A DNA stretch of 64,000 nt from Bacilli bacterium (GTDB taxonomy: Bacteria; Bacillota_I; Bacilli_A; RF39; UBA660), in contig JAFSEY010000013.1 in assembly GCA_017435485.1 (NCBI GenBank), positions 600 to 64,599 on the forward strand. Reading direction: 5' to 3'. The notes beneath the pieces were generated by a model, which had not been told where the DNA came from, searched no databases, and saw nothing but the letters and a program-made list of their open reading frames with translations. The position numbers and the translations under genes are program-made. Shown in pieces: positions 18,962 to 26,990 of this stretch; the stretch's first letter is position 1; the number at the start of each line of letters is the position of its first letter.

Positions 18962-20322
18962 TCTTTTATATAATCAGCAACTTCTTTTATTGGCATTTTT
19001 ATTTGTTCCATAGAATCTCTATGTCTTATTGTAACTATATTATCACTAATTGTTTCATCATCTATAGTAATACAAAATGGTGTTCCCACAGCATCGCTAC
19101 GACGATATCTTTTTCCAATACTTCCTGTTTCATCATAACTTGTATTAAATTTTTTACATAATAAAGCATAAACATCGTTAGCCTTATCAGCATGAATCTT
19201 TTTAATTAATGGTAAGATTGTTGCTTTTATTGGCGCTAGACTTGGTTTTACTTTTAATACGATTCTTTCGTCTGTTTCACTTAATTTTTCTTTAGTATAA
19301 GCATCTGCTAAAACAGCTAAGAATAAACGATCAACTCCTAATGATGGTTCAATTACATATGGAATGTATTTTTCATTAGTTTCTGGATCTAAATATCTTA
19401 AATCAGCTTTAGAATGATCAATGTGTTTCGATAAATCGTAATCAGTTCGATCAGCAATTCCCCAAAGTTCACCCCATCCCATAGGATATAAGTATTCAAT
19501 ATCAGTTGTGGCTTTACTATAGAAAGACAACTCTTCTTTTGCGTGATCACGATATCTTAAATTTTCTTTTCTGATTCCTAATTCTTTTAGAAAATCGATA
19601 CAGAAATTTTTATAATATCCAAACCATTCTAAGTCAGTTCCTGGTTTACAGAAGAATTCTAATTCCATTTGTTCAAATTCTCTTACTCTAAATATAAAAT
19701 TTCCTGGAGTTATTTCGTTACGGAAAGCTTTACCTATTTGACCAATTCCAAAAGGAACTTTAAGACGCATGCTTCTTTGAACATTTAGGAAATTCACAAA
19801 AATTCCTTGCGCTGTTTCTCCTCTTAAATACACTTTATTTTTACTATCTTCAGTAACTCCTTGATATGTTTCATATAATAAATTAAATTTTCTAATTGGC
19901 GTAAAATCAGTATTAGTACATTTTGGACAAGCAATATTATTTTCCTTAATATAGTTTTCTAATTCCTCATTTGTCCATCCATCACCAGTAAGTTCTCCGT
20001 TAGAATGATCTTCAATTAGTTTGTCCGCACGATAACGGCTTTTACATTTTTTACAATCAATTAAAGGATCGTTAAAACTGGTTACATGGCCACTTGCTAC
20101 CCATACTTCTGGATTCATAATAATAGCACTATCTAATCCATAATTATAAGGATTTTCTTGGATAAATTTTTGCCACCAAGCTTTTTTTATATTATTTTTT
20201 AATTCTACTCCTAAAGATCCATAATCCCAAGAATTAGCAAGCCCTCCATATATTTCACTACCTTGAAAAACAAATCCATATTGTTTGCAATAGTTTACTA
20301 ATTCTTCCATTGTTAATTTCAT
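18946..20322 (-). CDS. glyQS: glycine--tRNA ligase (dimeric GlyQS type)
   Basis: The 458-aa product has class II aaRS motifs and an N-terminus ([21 protein letters not shown]) typical of GlyRS. Confidence 0.9.
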   Translation of the reverse strand: MKLTMEELVNYCKQYGFVFQGSEIYGGLANSWDYGSLGVELKNNIKKAWWQKFIQENPYNYGLDSAIIMNPEVWVASGHVTSFNDPLIDCKKCKSRYRADKLIEDHSNGELTGDGWTNEELENYIKENNIACPKCTNTDFTPIRKFNLLYETYQGVTEDSKNKVYLRGETAQGIFVNFLNVQRSMRLKVPFGIGQIGKAFRNEITPGNFIFRVREFEQMELEFFCKPGTDLEWFGYYKNFCIDFLKELGIRKENLRYRDHAKEELSFYSKATTDIEYLYPMGWGELWGIADRTDYDLSKHIDHSKADLRYLDPETNEKYIPYVIEPSLGVDRLFLAVLADAYTKEKLSETDERIVLKVKPSLAPIKATILPLIKKIHADKANDVYALLCKKFNTSYDETGSIGKRYRRSDAVGTPFCITIDDETISDNIVTIRHRDSMEQIKMPIKEVADYIKESIKF

Positions 20323-20371
20323 TTTAATAACACCTCTATCTAATTATACAAAAATTTTAATTAAACATCTA

Positions 20372-21109
20372 CTAATTAATCATCTTTTTTAAAAACTCTT
20401 TACTTTTTAAATATAGCCCTGTATATCTATCATAATATCTTTCAACAAAAAAGTTAATCTGTTTTTTTACTTCTTCACTTATCTTAATAGATGATATGCT
20501 TTTTATATCAATATAATAATACATTCTAAGTAATTTAATCGTTTTTAAATCTACTAGTATTTCATTAGTAAAACAAGATTTACAAATAAGTCCACCAGCA
20601 TCAGCGTCTATCGTAATGATGTCCTTTTTCCCTCCGCATAAAATACATTCATCTAAACTTATTCCTACTCCTAGATATGGCAAGTATTTTAATTCTATTA
20701 TATTAGTTAGAATTAACGGATCATGCCCTTCATTCATTTTTAAGATGGTATTAATAAACATATCATATATATCATTTGAATTACTTTGTTTTAAAACTTG
20801 CAAAGTCAACTCAGCTAGGTAACCTAAATAACTTATATTAATAATATCGCTTTTAATATTTTCTAAGGGATTAATTAAATCAGCATTAATTAAAGTAGAT
20901 AGTTTTTCTTTTTTATAACTAATTTGAAAAATACCATACGTATAGCGTATAGTAAGAGCCCTAAGAGAACTTTTAGGACTTTTAACTCCTTTACAAATAA
21001 CACTTATTAAACCATGTTCTTTCGTAAATAATTGAATTATTTTAGATTTTTCTTTATAAGGAGTTTCTTTTAAGATTATACCTTCTACTTCTTCTAGCAA
21101 GAAAATCAC
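20372..21109 (-). CDS. recO: DNA repair protein RecO
   Basis: 245-aa product with an OB-fold N-terminus and a Cys4 cluster (CILCG...CKSC). GTG start overlaps the yqzL stop. Sits downstream of era as in Bacillus. Confidence 0.85.
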   Translation of the reverse strand: MIFLLEEVEGIILKETPYKEKSKIIQLFTKEHGLISVICKGVKSPKSSLRALTIRYTYGIFQISYKKEKLSTLINADLINPLENIKSDIINISYLGYLAELTLQVLKQSNSNDIYDMFINTILKMNEGHDPLILTNIIELKYLPYLGVGISLDECILCGGKKDIITIDADAGGLICKSCFTNEILVDLKTIKLLRMYYYIDIKSISSIKISEEVKKQINFFVERYYDRYTGLYLKSKEFLKKMIN

Positions 21110-21192
21110 TTCTTTTCTTGTTTTTTAAATAATAAATAATATTCTATCTTTCCAGTTTTTTTAAACATTTCCCAAGCTTCTTTTCTATCCAT
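21106..21192 (-). CDS. YqzL-family micro-protein (28 aa)
   Basis: The ORF, absent from the track, encodes MDRKEAWEMFKKTGKIEYYLLFKKQEKK. It matches the YqzL pattern (W..F..TG.I..YLL.K) and lies between era and recO exactly as yqzL does in B. subtilis. Confidence 0.5.
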   Translation of the reverse strand: MDRKEAWEMFKKTGKIEYYLLFKKQEKK

Positions 21193-21249
21193 AATTATCC
21201 TTCTTTCTAAAATAATTATGATATAAGAAAAGAATTTTTATACAAAATT

Positions 21250-22134
21250 CTATTCAAAATCTAAAAAACCTAATTCATTTAAATATCTTTCTTTATCTTT
21301 CCAGTTTTTAATTGTTTTAACAAATAATTCTAAATAAACTTTTTTACCCGTCATCTCTTCTAATTCTTTACGGGCTTTAGTACCGACATCTTTTAAACGA
21401 GCACCATTTTTGCCGATCACAATTTTTTTAATAGAATCACGATCAACGATAATATCAACATTCATATTAATAATATCTTTTTTTTCTTCATAAGAAGTAC
21501 AATAACAAGTAATACTATGTGGTACTTCTTCAATTGTAACATTTAATAGTTTTTCTCTAACTATCTCTCCAACCATAAAACGCATTGAACTACTTGTTAC
21601 TAGATCATCATCAAAGTATTTAACTCCATCTTTGATATATTTTTTGATTACTTCAATTAATCTATCAGTATTATCGTTTTTAAGTCCTGATACAGGTACT
21701 ATATCAGCAAACGGAAATTCATCTTTGTATTCATTAATCGAATACATTAAAGCTTCATCATTAACTTTATCTATTTTATTAATTACTAAAATAACAGGAG
21801 CATTAGTTTTTGCTAGATTTTCCATAATAAATCGATCGCCTTTACCAATACCTTCTTTGACATCGATAACAAATAAAACGACATCAACATCTTTCATAAA
21901 AGCATAAGCGTGCTTATTTAATGCTCTTCCTAATTTATTGGATGGCTTATGAATACCTGGAGTATCAACAAAAACAATTTGATAACCTTCTTCATTATAT
22001 ATACCTTGAATTACATTTCTTGTTGTTTGAGCTTTATCCGAAGTAATAGCCACTTTATAATTTACTAAAGAATTAATTAAAGTACTTTTACCAACATTAG
22101 GACGCCCAATTAAACTTACAAACCCACTCTTCAT
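21250..22134 (-). CDS. era: GTPase Era
   Basis: GFVSLIGRPNVGKSTL G1 motif, DTPG, NKID, and a C-terminal KH domain. Confidence 0.95.
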   Translation of the reverse strand: MKSGFVSLIGRPNVGKSTLINSLVNYKVAITSDKAQTTRNVIQGIYNEEGYQIVFVDTPGIHKPSNKLGRALNKHAYAFMKDVDVVLFVIDVKEGIGKGDRFIMENLAKTNAPVILVINKIDKVNDEALMYSINEYKDEFPFADIVPVSGLKNDNTDRLIEVIKKYIKDGVKYFDDDLVTSSSMRFMVGEIVREKLLNVTIEEVPHSITCYCTSYEEKKDIINMNVDIIVDRDSIKKIVIGKNGARLKDVGTKARKELEEMTGKKVYLELFVKTIKNWKDKERYLNELGFLDFE

Positions 22135-22141
22135 ATTTCAC

Positions 22142-22546
22142 CTATAAAGAACAGATTAAGTTATAAATGTAAGGAGCAAAAACGATAGAAATAGCAACTA
22201 CAGCAATCATAGCACAAACAAATTCTGCCGCACTTCCACAGTCTTTGGCAACTTTAGCTAAAGGATGAATTTCTAAAGTAACTAAATCTACTACTGCTTC
22301 TATAGCAGTATTTACAAGTTCCATACCTAAAGTAACTCCTAAACCAATTAAAACAATTGCCCATTCCGAAAATCTTAATTGAAATGCTAACCCTAAGATA
22401 ATACAAAAAATTGAACAAACTCCATGAATCCATAAACTTTGTTCATTTTTGTATGCATGTACTAAACCATCAAAAGAATTTTTAAAACTATTTAAAAATC
22501 TTTTAAAACCTTTTTTCTTTAATTCATCGCGTGATATTTTCGCCAT
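22142..22546 (-). CDS. dgkA: diacylglycerol / undecaprenol kinase
   Basis: 134-aa product with three TM segments and the conserved ELVNTAIE block. Confidence 0.85.
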   Translation of the reverse strand: MAKISRDELKKKGFKRFLNSFKNSFDGLVHAYKNEQSLWIHGVCSIFCIILGLAFQLRFSEWAIVLIGLGVTLGMELVNTAIEAVVDLVTLEIHPLAKVAKDCGSAAEFVCAMIAVVAISIVFAPYIYNLICSL

Positions 22547-22964
22547 CTAAAACCAACTCCTGTTTGTTAAACATTATTTCTTCATCTTCTTTTGTCTGAT
22601 GATCATAACCAAGTAAATGAAGTAAGCCATGAACTACTAAAAAAGATAATTCCCTTTTTTCACTATGACCATATTCCTTTGCTTGATCAATCATTCTAGG
22701 GATACAAACATAGATATCTCCTAAAATCCGTATATCATTATACAATACATTTGCATTATCTTCAAATGCAAATGATATAACATCCGTAATTTTATCAATT
22801 TCGCGATATTCTTTGTTTATCTTTTGAATTTCATTCTCATCGACAAAAATAATAGAAAAAATGGCATTTTCAACTTTTTCAAGTTTTAAAGTAGCTTTTA
22901 TTACGCTATCTAAATAATCATATTTTTCATAATTTACTAAATTGTTTATTTCATAATTTATCAT
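22524..22964 (-). CDS. ybeY: rRNA maturation endoribonuclease YbeY
   Basis: HGLLHLLGYDH zinc motif. Confidence 0.9.
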   Translation of the reverse strand: MINYEINNLVNYEKYDYLDSVIKATLKLEKVENAIFSIIFVDENEIQKINKEYREIDKITDVISFAFEDNANVLYNDIRILGDIYVCIPRMIDQAKEYGHSEKRELSFLVVHGLLHLLGYDHQTKEDEEIMFNKQELVLDGENITR

Positions 22965-23581
22965 ATTAACGCCCCTAAATTAATGTATCCTTTAAAATAT
23001 AATACAACTGCAATTAAAATTAATAAGCATATTATATTATAAAAGAAGTCACTTTGCAAAAATTTAGGTAAATGCCTTTTTATAGCACCAAGGGCAATAT
23101 ATATTAAAAATCCAACTATACTACCAATACAATTTAAGATAATATCATCAATATCAAAACTTCTACCAATGTTTAGTTGAACAATTTCGATACATGCACT
23201 AGCAATTAAAGTAACAATAAATATTGAAGATATTTTTTTGGCATTTAAATAATGTGATATAAAGTAACCAAATGGAATAAACATAGCAATATTGCCGATG
23301 ACGTTTAACATAAATAGTTTGCTACCTATTTCATAACGGAATATTTCCGTAAAAGGAATATAATTAATCCCACCATTATTACTTATATCAGTACTTGTTA
23401 CTAATTGGAAAAGTAATAAGATGTAACAAATAAAGAATAATGTCCAAAACTCTTTATAAAAGCAAAACTTTTCTTTATGGGTCATTATATAAGTTATTCT
23501 TGTTGTAATTATTACTACTAAAAATATTACTAACATTGGCCATATACTATTAATTGTTTTATTTGCTACATTCCATATCAT
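22961..23581 (-). CDS. VanZ-family membrane protein
   Basis: Polytopic membrane protein with NIAMFIPFGYF and E..Q.N.GRSFDIDDIILN blocks typical of VanZ. It occupies the position where Bacillus has phoH. Confidence 0.65.
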   Translation of the reverse strand: MIWNVANKTINSIWPMLVIFLVVIITTRITYIMTHKEKFCFYKEFWTLFFICYILLLFQLVTSTDISNNGGINYIPFTEIFRYEIGSKLFMLNVIGNIAMFIPFGYFISHYLNAKKISSIFIVTLIASACIEIVQLNIGRSFDIDDIILNCIGSIVGFLIYIALGAIKRHLPKFLQSDFFYNIICLLILIAVVLYFKGYINLGALI

Positions 23582-23583
23582 AT

Positions 23584-24744
23584 TTATTCCCCAATTCCTT
23601 CTTCAATTATTTCTGGTTCAAATTCAACTGTTTTGCCAATATCTTCTTCAATGGCAAAAAATATCTCTAAATCCATTGTACTATCATTTAAAGTATTTTT
23701 CAAAACTTTTTGCGTCAAAATTCGATCATAATCTTTTCTTTTTATATTCATTTTTTCTATAGCTAATTCTACGGCTTTTTCTGAAGCTTCTTTTTCGGAA
23801 TATTTTAAAGATTTAACATCTAATTCTTTTTCCTCTTCCAAATAAAATTCAACACCTAAAAAACTAAATAGTTTCTTACTTTCATTCGCATAATTTGTTA
23901 ATCTACTACGAAATATTTTTTGTTTTTGCCCATTTAATTTATAAGAAAAATTATAACGTTTCTTACCTGTTAAATTAGACTCTTCATAATTAAGAGGTAG
24001 GCTTACTTTAACAGTATACCAAACTTCAGCTTTTACTTTGCCACTTGCACAAACGGTGTTTTTTATTTCTTCGTTTAGGAGAATATTACCATTTATTAAA
24101 ACATCCCCTTCTGAGACGTATGTTCCTGATGCAACATTGGCTACTCCTCTTTCCGTAAACACTTTAGTAATAACACCACTTTTTTTGGCAATGATATGAC
24201 ATGATGTTTTTTTTTCTTCAGGGATAGTAATAATACGTTCCTCTACTCTAACTACATATTTCATTCCATGGGTTTCTATTTCAATCCATTCTAAGTTTTG
24301 CTTATATCTATTTAAAATATTTGCTTTTATTTTTGTAATTGTCTTGTAATCTTTCTTTAAGGTTAATCTTTTTATTCCTTCATCTTCTAAAGCTTCAGTA
24401 ACTAATTTTCTAATTTCAGCATCGGAATGAATCACTTCAACGCTAACTATAACATTAGTTGCAAAATATAAAAATATAGTCCCTATTACTATTGCAACAA
24501 TAAGAAATAAATATTTTTTTAACAAGATAAATAATTTATCTATGCCTAGATAGCGATCTATTTTAAATGAATAACTAGGCAAATATTTTTTTAATTTAGA
24601 AATATCATTTTTGTTTATTTTTAAACAGATAAAGTTATCTTTATATTTAATTTCTAAAATTGTAATACTAATAGCACTAATTTTTAAAATAAAGTTATAA
24701 TAATTATCACATTTTGCTTTTACCCAAATTAATCCTTTGTTCAT
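23584..24744 (-). CDS. sporulation protein YqfD-like
   Basis: 386-aa product with a single TM segment, immediately downstream of a YqfC-like gene and upstream of the ybeY-dgkA-era block as in B. subtilis. Confidence 0.6.
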   Translation of the reverse strand: MNKGLIWVKAKCDNYYNFILKISAISITILEIKYKDNFICLKINKNDISKLKKYLPSYSFKIDRYLGIDKLFILLKKYLFLIVAIVIGTIFLYFATNVIVSVEVIHSDAEIRKLVTEALEDEGIKRLTLKKDYKTITKIKANILNRYKQNLEWIEIETHGMKYVVRVEERIITIPEEKKTSCHIIAKKSGVITKVFTERGVANVASGTYVSEGDVLINGNILLNEEIKNTVCASGKVKAEVWYTVKVSLPLNYEESNLTGKKRYNFSYKLNGQKQKIFRSRLTNYANESKKLFSFLGVEFYLEEEKELDVKSLKYSEKEASEKAVELAIEKMNIKRKDYDRILTQKVLKNTLNDSTMDLEIFFAIEEDIGKTVEFEPEIIEEGIGE

Positions 24745-24992
24745 TTAGTAATCTCCAAACCAAGTACTTCTCCTCTTATTAAAAGTTCATTATTAGTCAT
24801 TTTGGTGATAAATAAATCTTGGCCTTTTATTTTTAAAGTGAAATTTTCTAATTGTAAATTAATTTCTTCATTATTAAACTTCAGTAATTTAAGATAGTTA
24901 AAGACATGAATGTAATTATCAAAAAGATTAATAAAATACTTTTTATCATATAGGTAATTTTTGATATTATTAATCATTAGCATTATACTCAC
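24741..24992 (-). CDS. sporulation protein YqfC-like
   Basis: 83-aa product, overlapping and coupled to the yqfD-like gene. Assigned from synteny and size. Confidence 0.5.
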   Translation of the reverse strand: MSIMLMINNIKNYLYDKKYFINLFDNYIHVFNYLKLLKFNNEEINLQLENFTLKIKGQDLFITKMTNNELLIRGEVLGLEITK

Positions 24993-25050
24993 CTATAAAT
25001 ATATATGAATTAATATAAAAAAATCTTTCAAAAACTGAAAGATTTTTAAT

Positions 25051-25485
25051 TTAATTTAATTTTTCTTTAACAAGTTTACTAACTAAACTTTTATCAGCAT
25101 TTGGTAACATTGAAGATACTTCTTTCATAATAGATCCCATATCTTTCATCGATGTTGGATTAATTATCTCAAATGCCTTATTTACTGCTTCGATAATTTG
25201 CTCTTGAGAAGCTTCTTCTGGTAAGTATTCACTTAAAATAGCAATTTCTTTTTGTAAAGATTCAACTTCATCAAGTTTTTGGTATTTTTTATATTCTTCT
25301 ACAGAGTCTTTACGCATTTTAACTTGCTTTTTAATTACATTAATTATTTCTTCGTCATTAAGTTCATGTTTTTTATTTATAGCATCCATTTGAATGGCAC
25401 TTTTTAACATTCTTAAAACGCTTAATGAGAACTTATCTTGACTTTTCATCGCTTCTTTAAAATCGTTAGCAATTTTATCGTTCAT
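25051..25485 (-). CDS. GatB/YqeY-domain protein
   Basis: 144-aa product (DFKEAMKSQDKFSLSVLRMLKSAIQ...) matching the YqeY family; follows rpsU as in Bacillus. Confidence 0.85.
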   Translation of the reverse strand: MNDKIANDFKEAMKSQDKFSLSVLRMLKSAIQMDAINKKHELNDEEIINVIKKQVKMRKDSVEEYKKYQKLDEVESLQKEIAILSEYLPEEASQEQIIEAVNKAFEIINPTSMKDMGSIMKEVSSMLPNADKSLVSKLVKEKLN

Positions 25486-25487
25486 TA

Positions 25488-25676
25488 TTATTCTCCTTTT
25501 CTATGTTTACGAGAATTTTTGATCATTTCTTTTTTTTCATTACGTTTTTTTACGCCAGGTTTTTCATAATGTTTTCTCTTTTTGATTTCAGAAGGGACAC
25601 CGCTACGTGCTACTTTTGTTTTAAATTTCTTTAAAGCGCTTTCAACATCATTGTTTTTAACCACTACTTTTGTCAT
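25488..25676 (-). CDS. rpsU: 30S ribosomal protein S21
   Basis: 62-aa basic protein, ...FKTKVARSGV..., HYEKPGVKKR. Confidence 0.9.
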   Translation of the reverse strand: MTKVVVKNNDVESALKKFKTKVARSGVPSEIKKRKHYEKPGVKKRNEKKEMIKNSRKHRKGE

Positions 25677-25706
25677 TTATTTCCCTCCCTTCGTTTTTCA
25701 CAGAAC

Positions 25707-25735
25707 ATTATAACACTTAATGTTTTTTTTGACAA
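25707..25735 (-). promoter_or_regulatory. sigma-A-type promoter for rpsU (TTGTCA - 17 nt - TATAAT)
   Basis: Minus-strand sequence TTGTCAaaaaaaacattaagtgtTATAATg, about 30 nt upstream of the rpsU start. Confidence 0.6.
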
Positions 25736-25768
25736 TAATTAAAAATGACATTTTTATGTTTTTTGGTT

Positions 25769-26644
25769 TTATTTTAAACCTCGAGGATTTGAATCATCAT
25801 AATAGCCAAATTTTAGGTTTGAAGTATTAAATATTTCTTGAAAGCATTTTTTTAATACCTTTTTACTTTCTATAGTTTCTATTGGCTTTATTAACTCAAA
25901 ATCATTTAACACTATTGAATCAGAAAAACAATCATCAATTTTCATAGATTCTATTTTTATGTTAGTGTTAAGTAAATTTTCTATATCTATACAAGTTTTA
26001 ATATACTTGCTAAAAAAATCCAATATCTTTCGAAATATTTGTTCTTGCCAATGTAAAGGGATCAACTCACTTTTATCTATACAAAAAAAGATATATACCC
26101 AAGCATCATATGTGCAAATTTGATTTATGATATTTTCAAAGCCATACAGTATGTTAAACATTGGGTTATTTTTTTCCCTACTTTTTGTATTTAAATTATT
26201 AAACAAAACTGGAAGCTTACCCACTTCTTTAGAAAATTCATCTTTTTCTAGATCTAATTGCAAGATTATTTTATTTAATCTCTTATGGATAAGATCATGA
26301 AACATAGCACATATGCCCAATTGAATCACGGTAAAAGCACAAGCTATACTATCTTTTAAACTGTAAATATAAATTTTTGTATTATCTTGTTCAATGTAAT
26401 CTCCGCATGAATTCGGTGTCTTTAAATTTGATTTATCGCTAATTTCAAAATAGCATACTTCTCTTCTTTGACGACCTAAATATGTAGCCATTTCATTTTC
26501 AATACTTTGTAAAACTTTAATTCTTTGTTCAGCATTTAATTTTTCCCAATTTTTATCTACTAAATAAAATAAATTTTCTTCTGAAATCAAATTAATCACC
26601 TTCAAAGTAGTTTTTATTTTAGCTATTAAATCATATTTTGTCAA
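25769..26644 (-). CDS. hypothetical cytoplasmic protein downstream of the bacteriocin peptides (start uncertain)
   Basis: The 291-aa ORF as given starts at a TTG directly abutting a hairpin and has no RBS. An in-frame TTG 54 nt downstream is preceded by GAAGGTGA and is the more likely start (about 26590). Confidence 0.45.
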   Translation of the reverse strand: MTKYDLIAKIKTTLKVINLISEENLFYLVDKNWEKLNAEQRIKVLQSIENEMATYLGRQRREVCYFEISDKSNLKTPNSCGDYIEQDNTKIYIYSLKDSIACAFTVIQLGICAMFHDLIHKRLNKIILQLDLEKDEFSKEVGKLPVLFNNLNTKSREKNNPMFNILYGFENIINQICTYDAWVYIFFCIDKSELIPLHWQEQIFRKILDFFSKYIKTCIDIENLLNTNIKIESMKIDDCFSDSIVLNDFELIKPIETIESKKVLKKCFQEIFNTSNLKFGYYDDSNPRGLK

Positions 26645-26649
26645 TTAAT

Positions 26650-26674
26650 AAAGATATCCGGTTGGATATCCTTA
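26650..26674 (-). terminator. hairpin (GGATATCC-aacc-GGATATCT) immediately 3' of bacteriocin peptide gene 2
   Basis: 8-bp stem with one G-U pair plus a U-rich tail (TTTATTAATT), read from the sequence. Likely a terminator or attenuator after the structural genes. Confidence 0.45.
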
Positions 26675-26676
26675 TT

Positions 26677-26835
26677 TTAACAATATTTTTTTGAAAAAAA
26701 TCTTCTAATTGTTGTTCCAACAATTTGGCCGAGATTTAAAAGTGTTGATGCCGCTCTGGATAAAGCATTAATGAAGGATGCTGAGATAGCTCCGCCATTA
26801 ATTTGCGTTAATTCATTTTTATTTAATGTTTTCAT
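26677..26835 (-). CDS. class II bacteriocin-like precursor peptide with a double-glycine leader (52 aa)
   Basis: Absent from the ORF track. MKTLNKNELTQINGG | AISASFINALSRAASTLLNLGQIVGTTIRRFFSKKYC: hydrophobic residues at -4, -7, -12 and -15 of the leader, a GG cleavage site, and a cationic amphipathic core. Its ATG overlaps the stop of peptide 1 (ATGA). Confidence 0.65.
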   Translation of the reverse strand: MKTLNKNELTQINGGAISASFINALSRAASTLLNLGQIVGTTIRRFFSKKYC

Positions 26836-26978
26836 TTTTTCAGACATTTTAATGGTCTTATTAAACCATCAAATACTCCTATAATGAATACTCCAAATCC
26901 AGCTATTGCAGCTAGCACACCAACTTTAATCCCGCCTCCTTCAACTATTCTTAAATCATTATCTGTTAATTTTGTTAT
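26832..26978 (-). CDS. second double-glycine-leader bacteriocin-like peptide (48 aa); ATA sits at the expected initiator position
   Basis: (I/M)TKLTDNDLRIVEGG | GIKVGVLAAIAGFGVFIIGVFDGLIRPLKCLKK. Leader residues match the -4/-7/-12/-15 pattern. GGGAGG lies 7 nt upstream of the ATA codon and there is no in-frame ATG/GTG/TTG. The core contains GxxxG (GVFDG). Confidence 0.5.
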   Translation of the reverse strand: MTKLTDNDLRIVEGGGIKVGVLAAIAGFGVFIIGVFDGLIRPLKCLKK

Positions 26979-26990
26979 TTTAAAACCTCC

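Noticed and set aside
20323-20371. Looked for a T-box leader upstream of glyQS, as in Bacillus.
   Set aside because: Only 49 nt separate recO from glyQS. There is no room for a T-box, so glyQS is presumably co-transcribed with era-yqzL-recO.
20616-20822. 68-aa ORF antisense to recO.
   Set aside because: Antisense artefact.
21632-21907. 91-aa ORF antisense to era.
   Set aside because: Antisense artefact.
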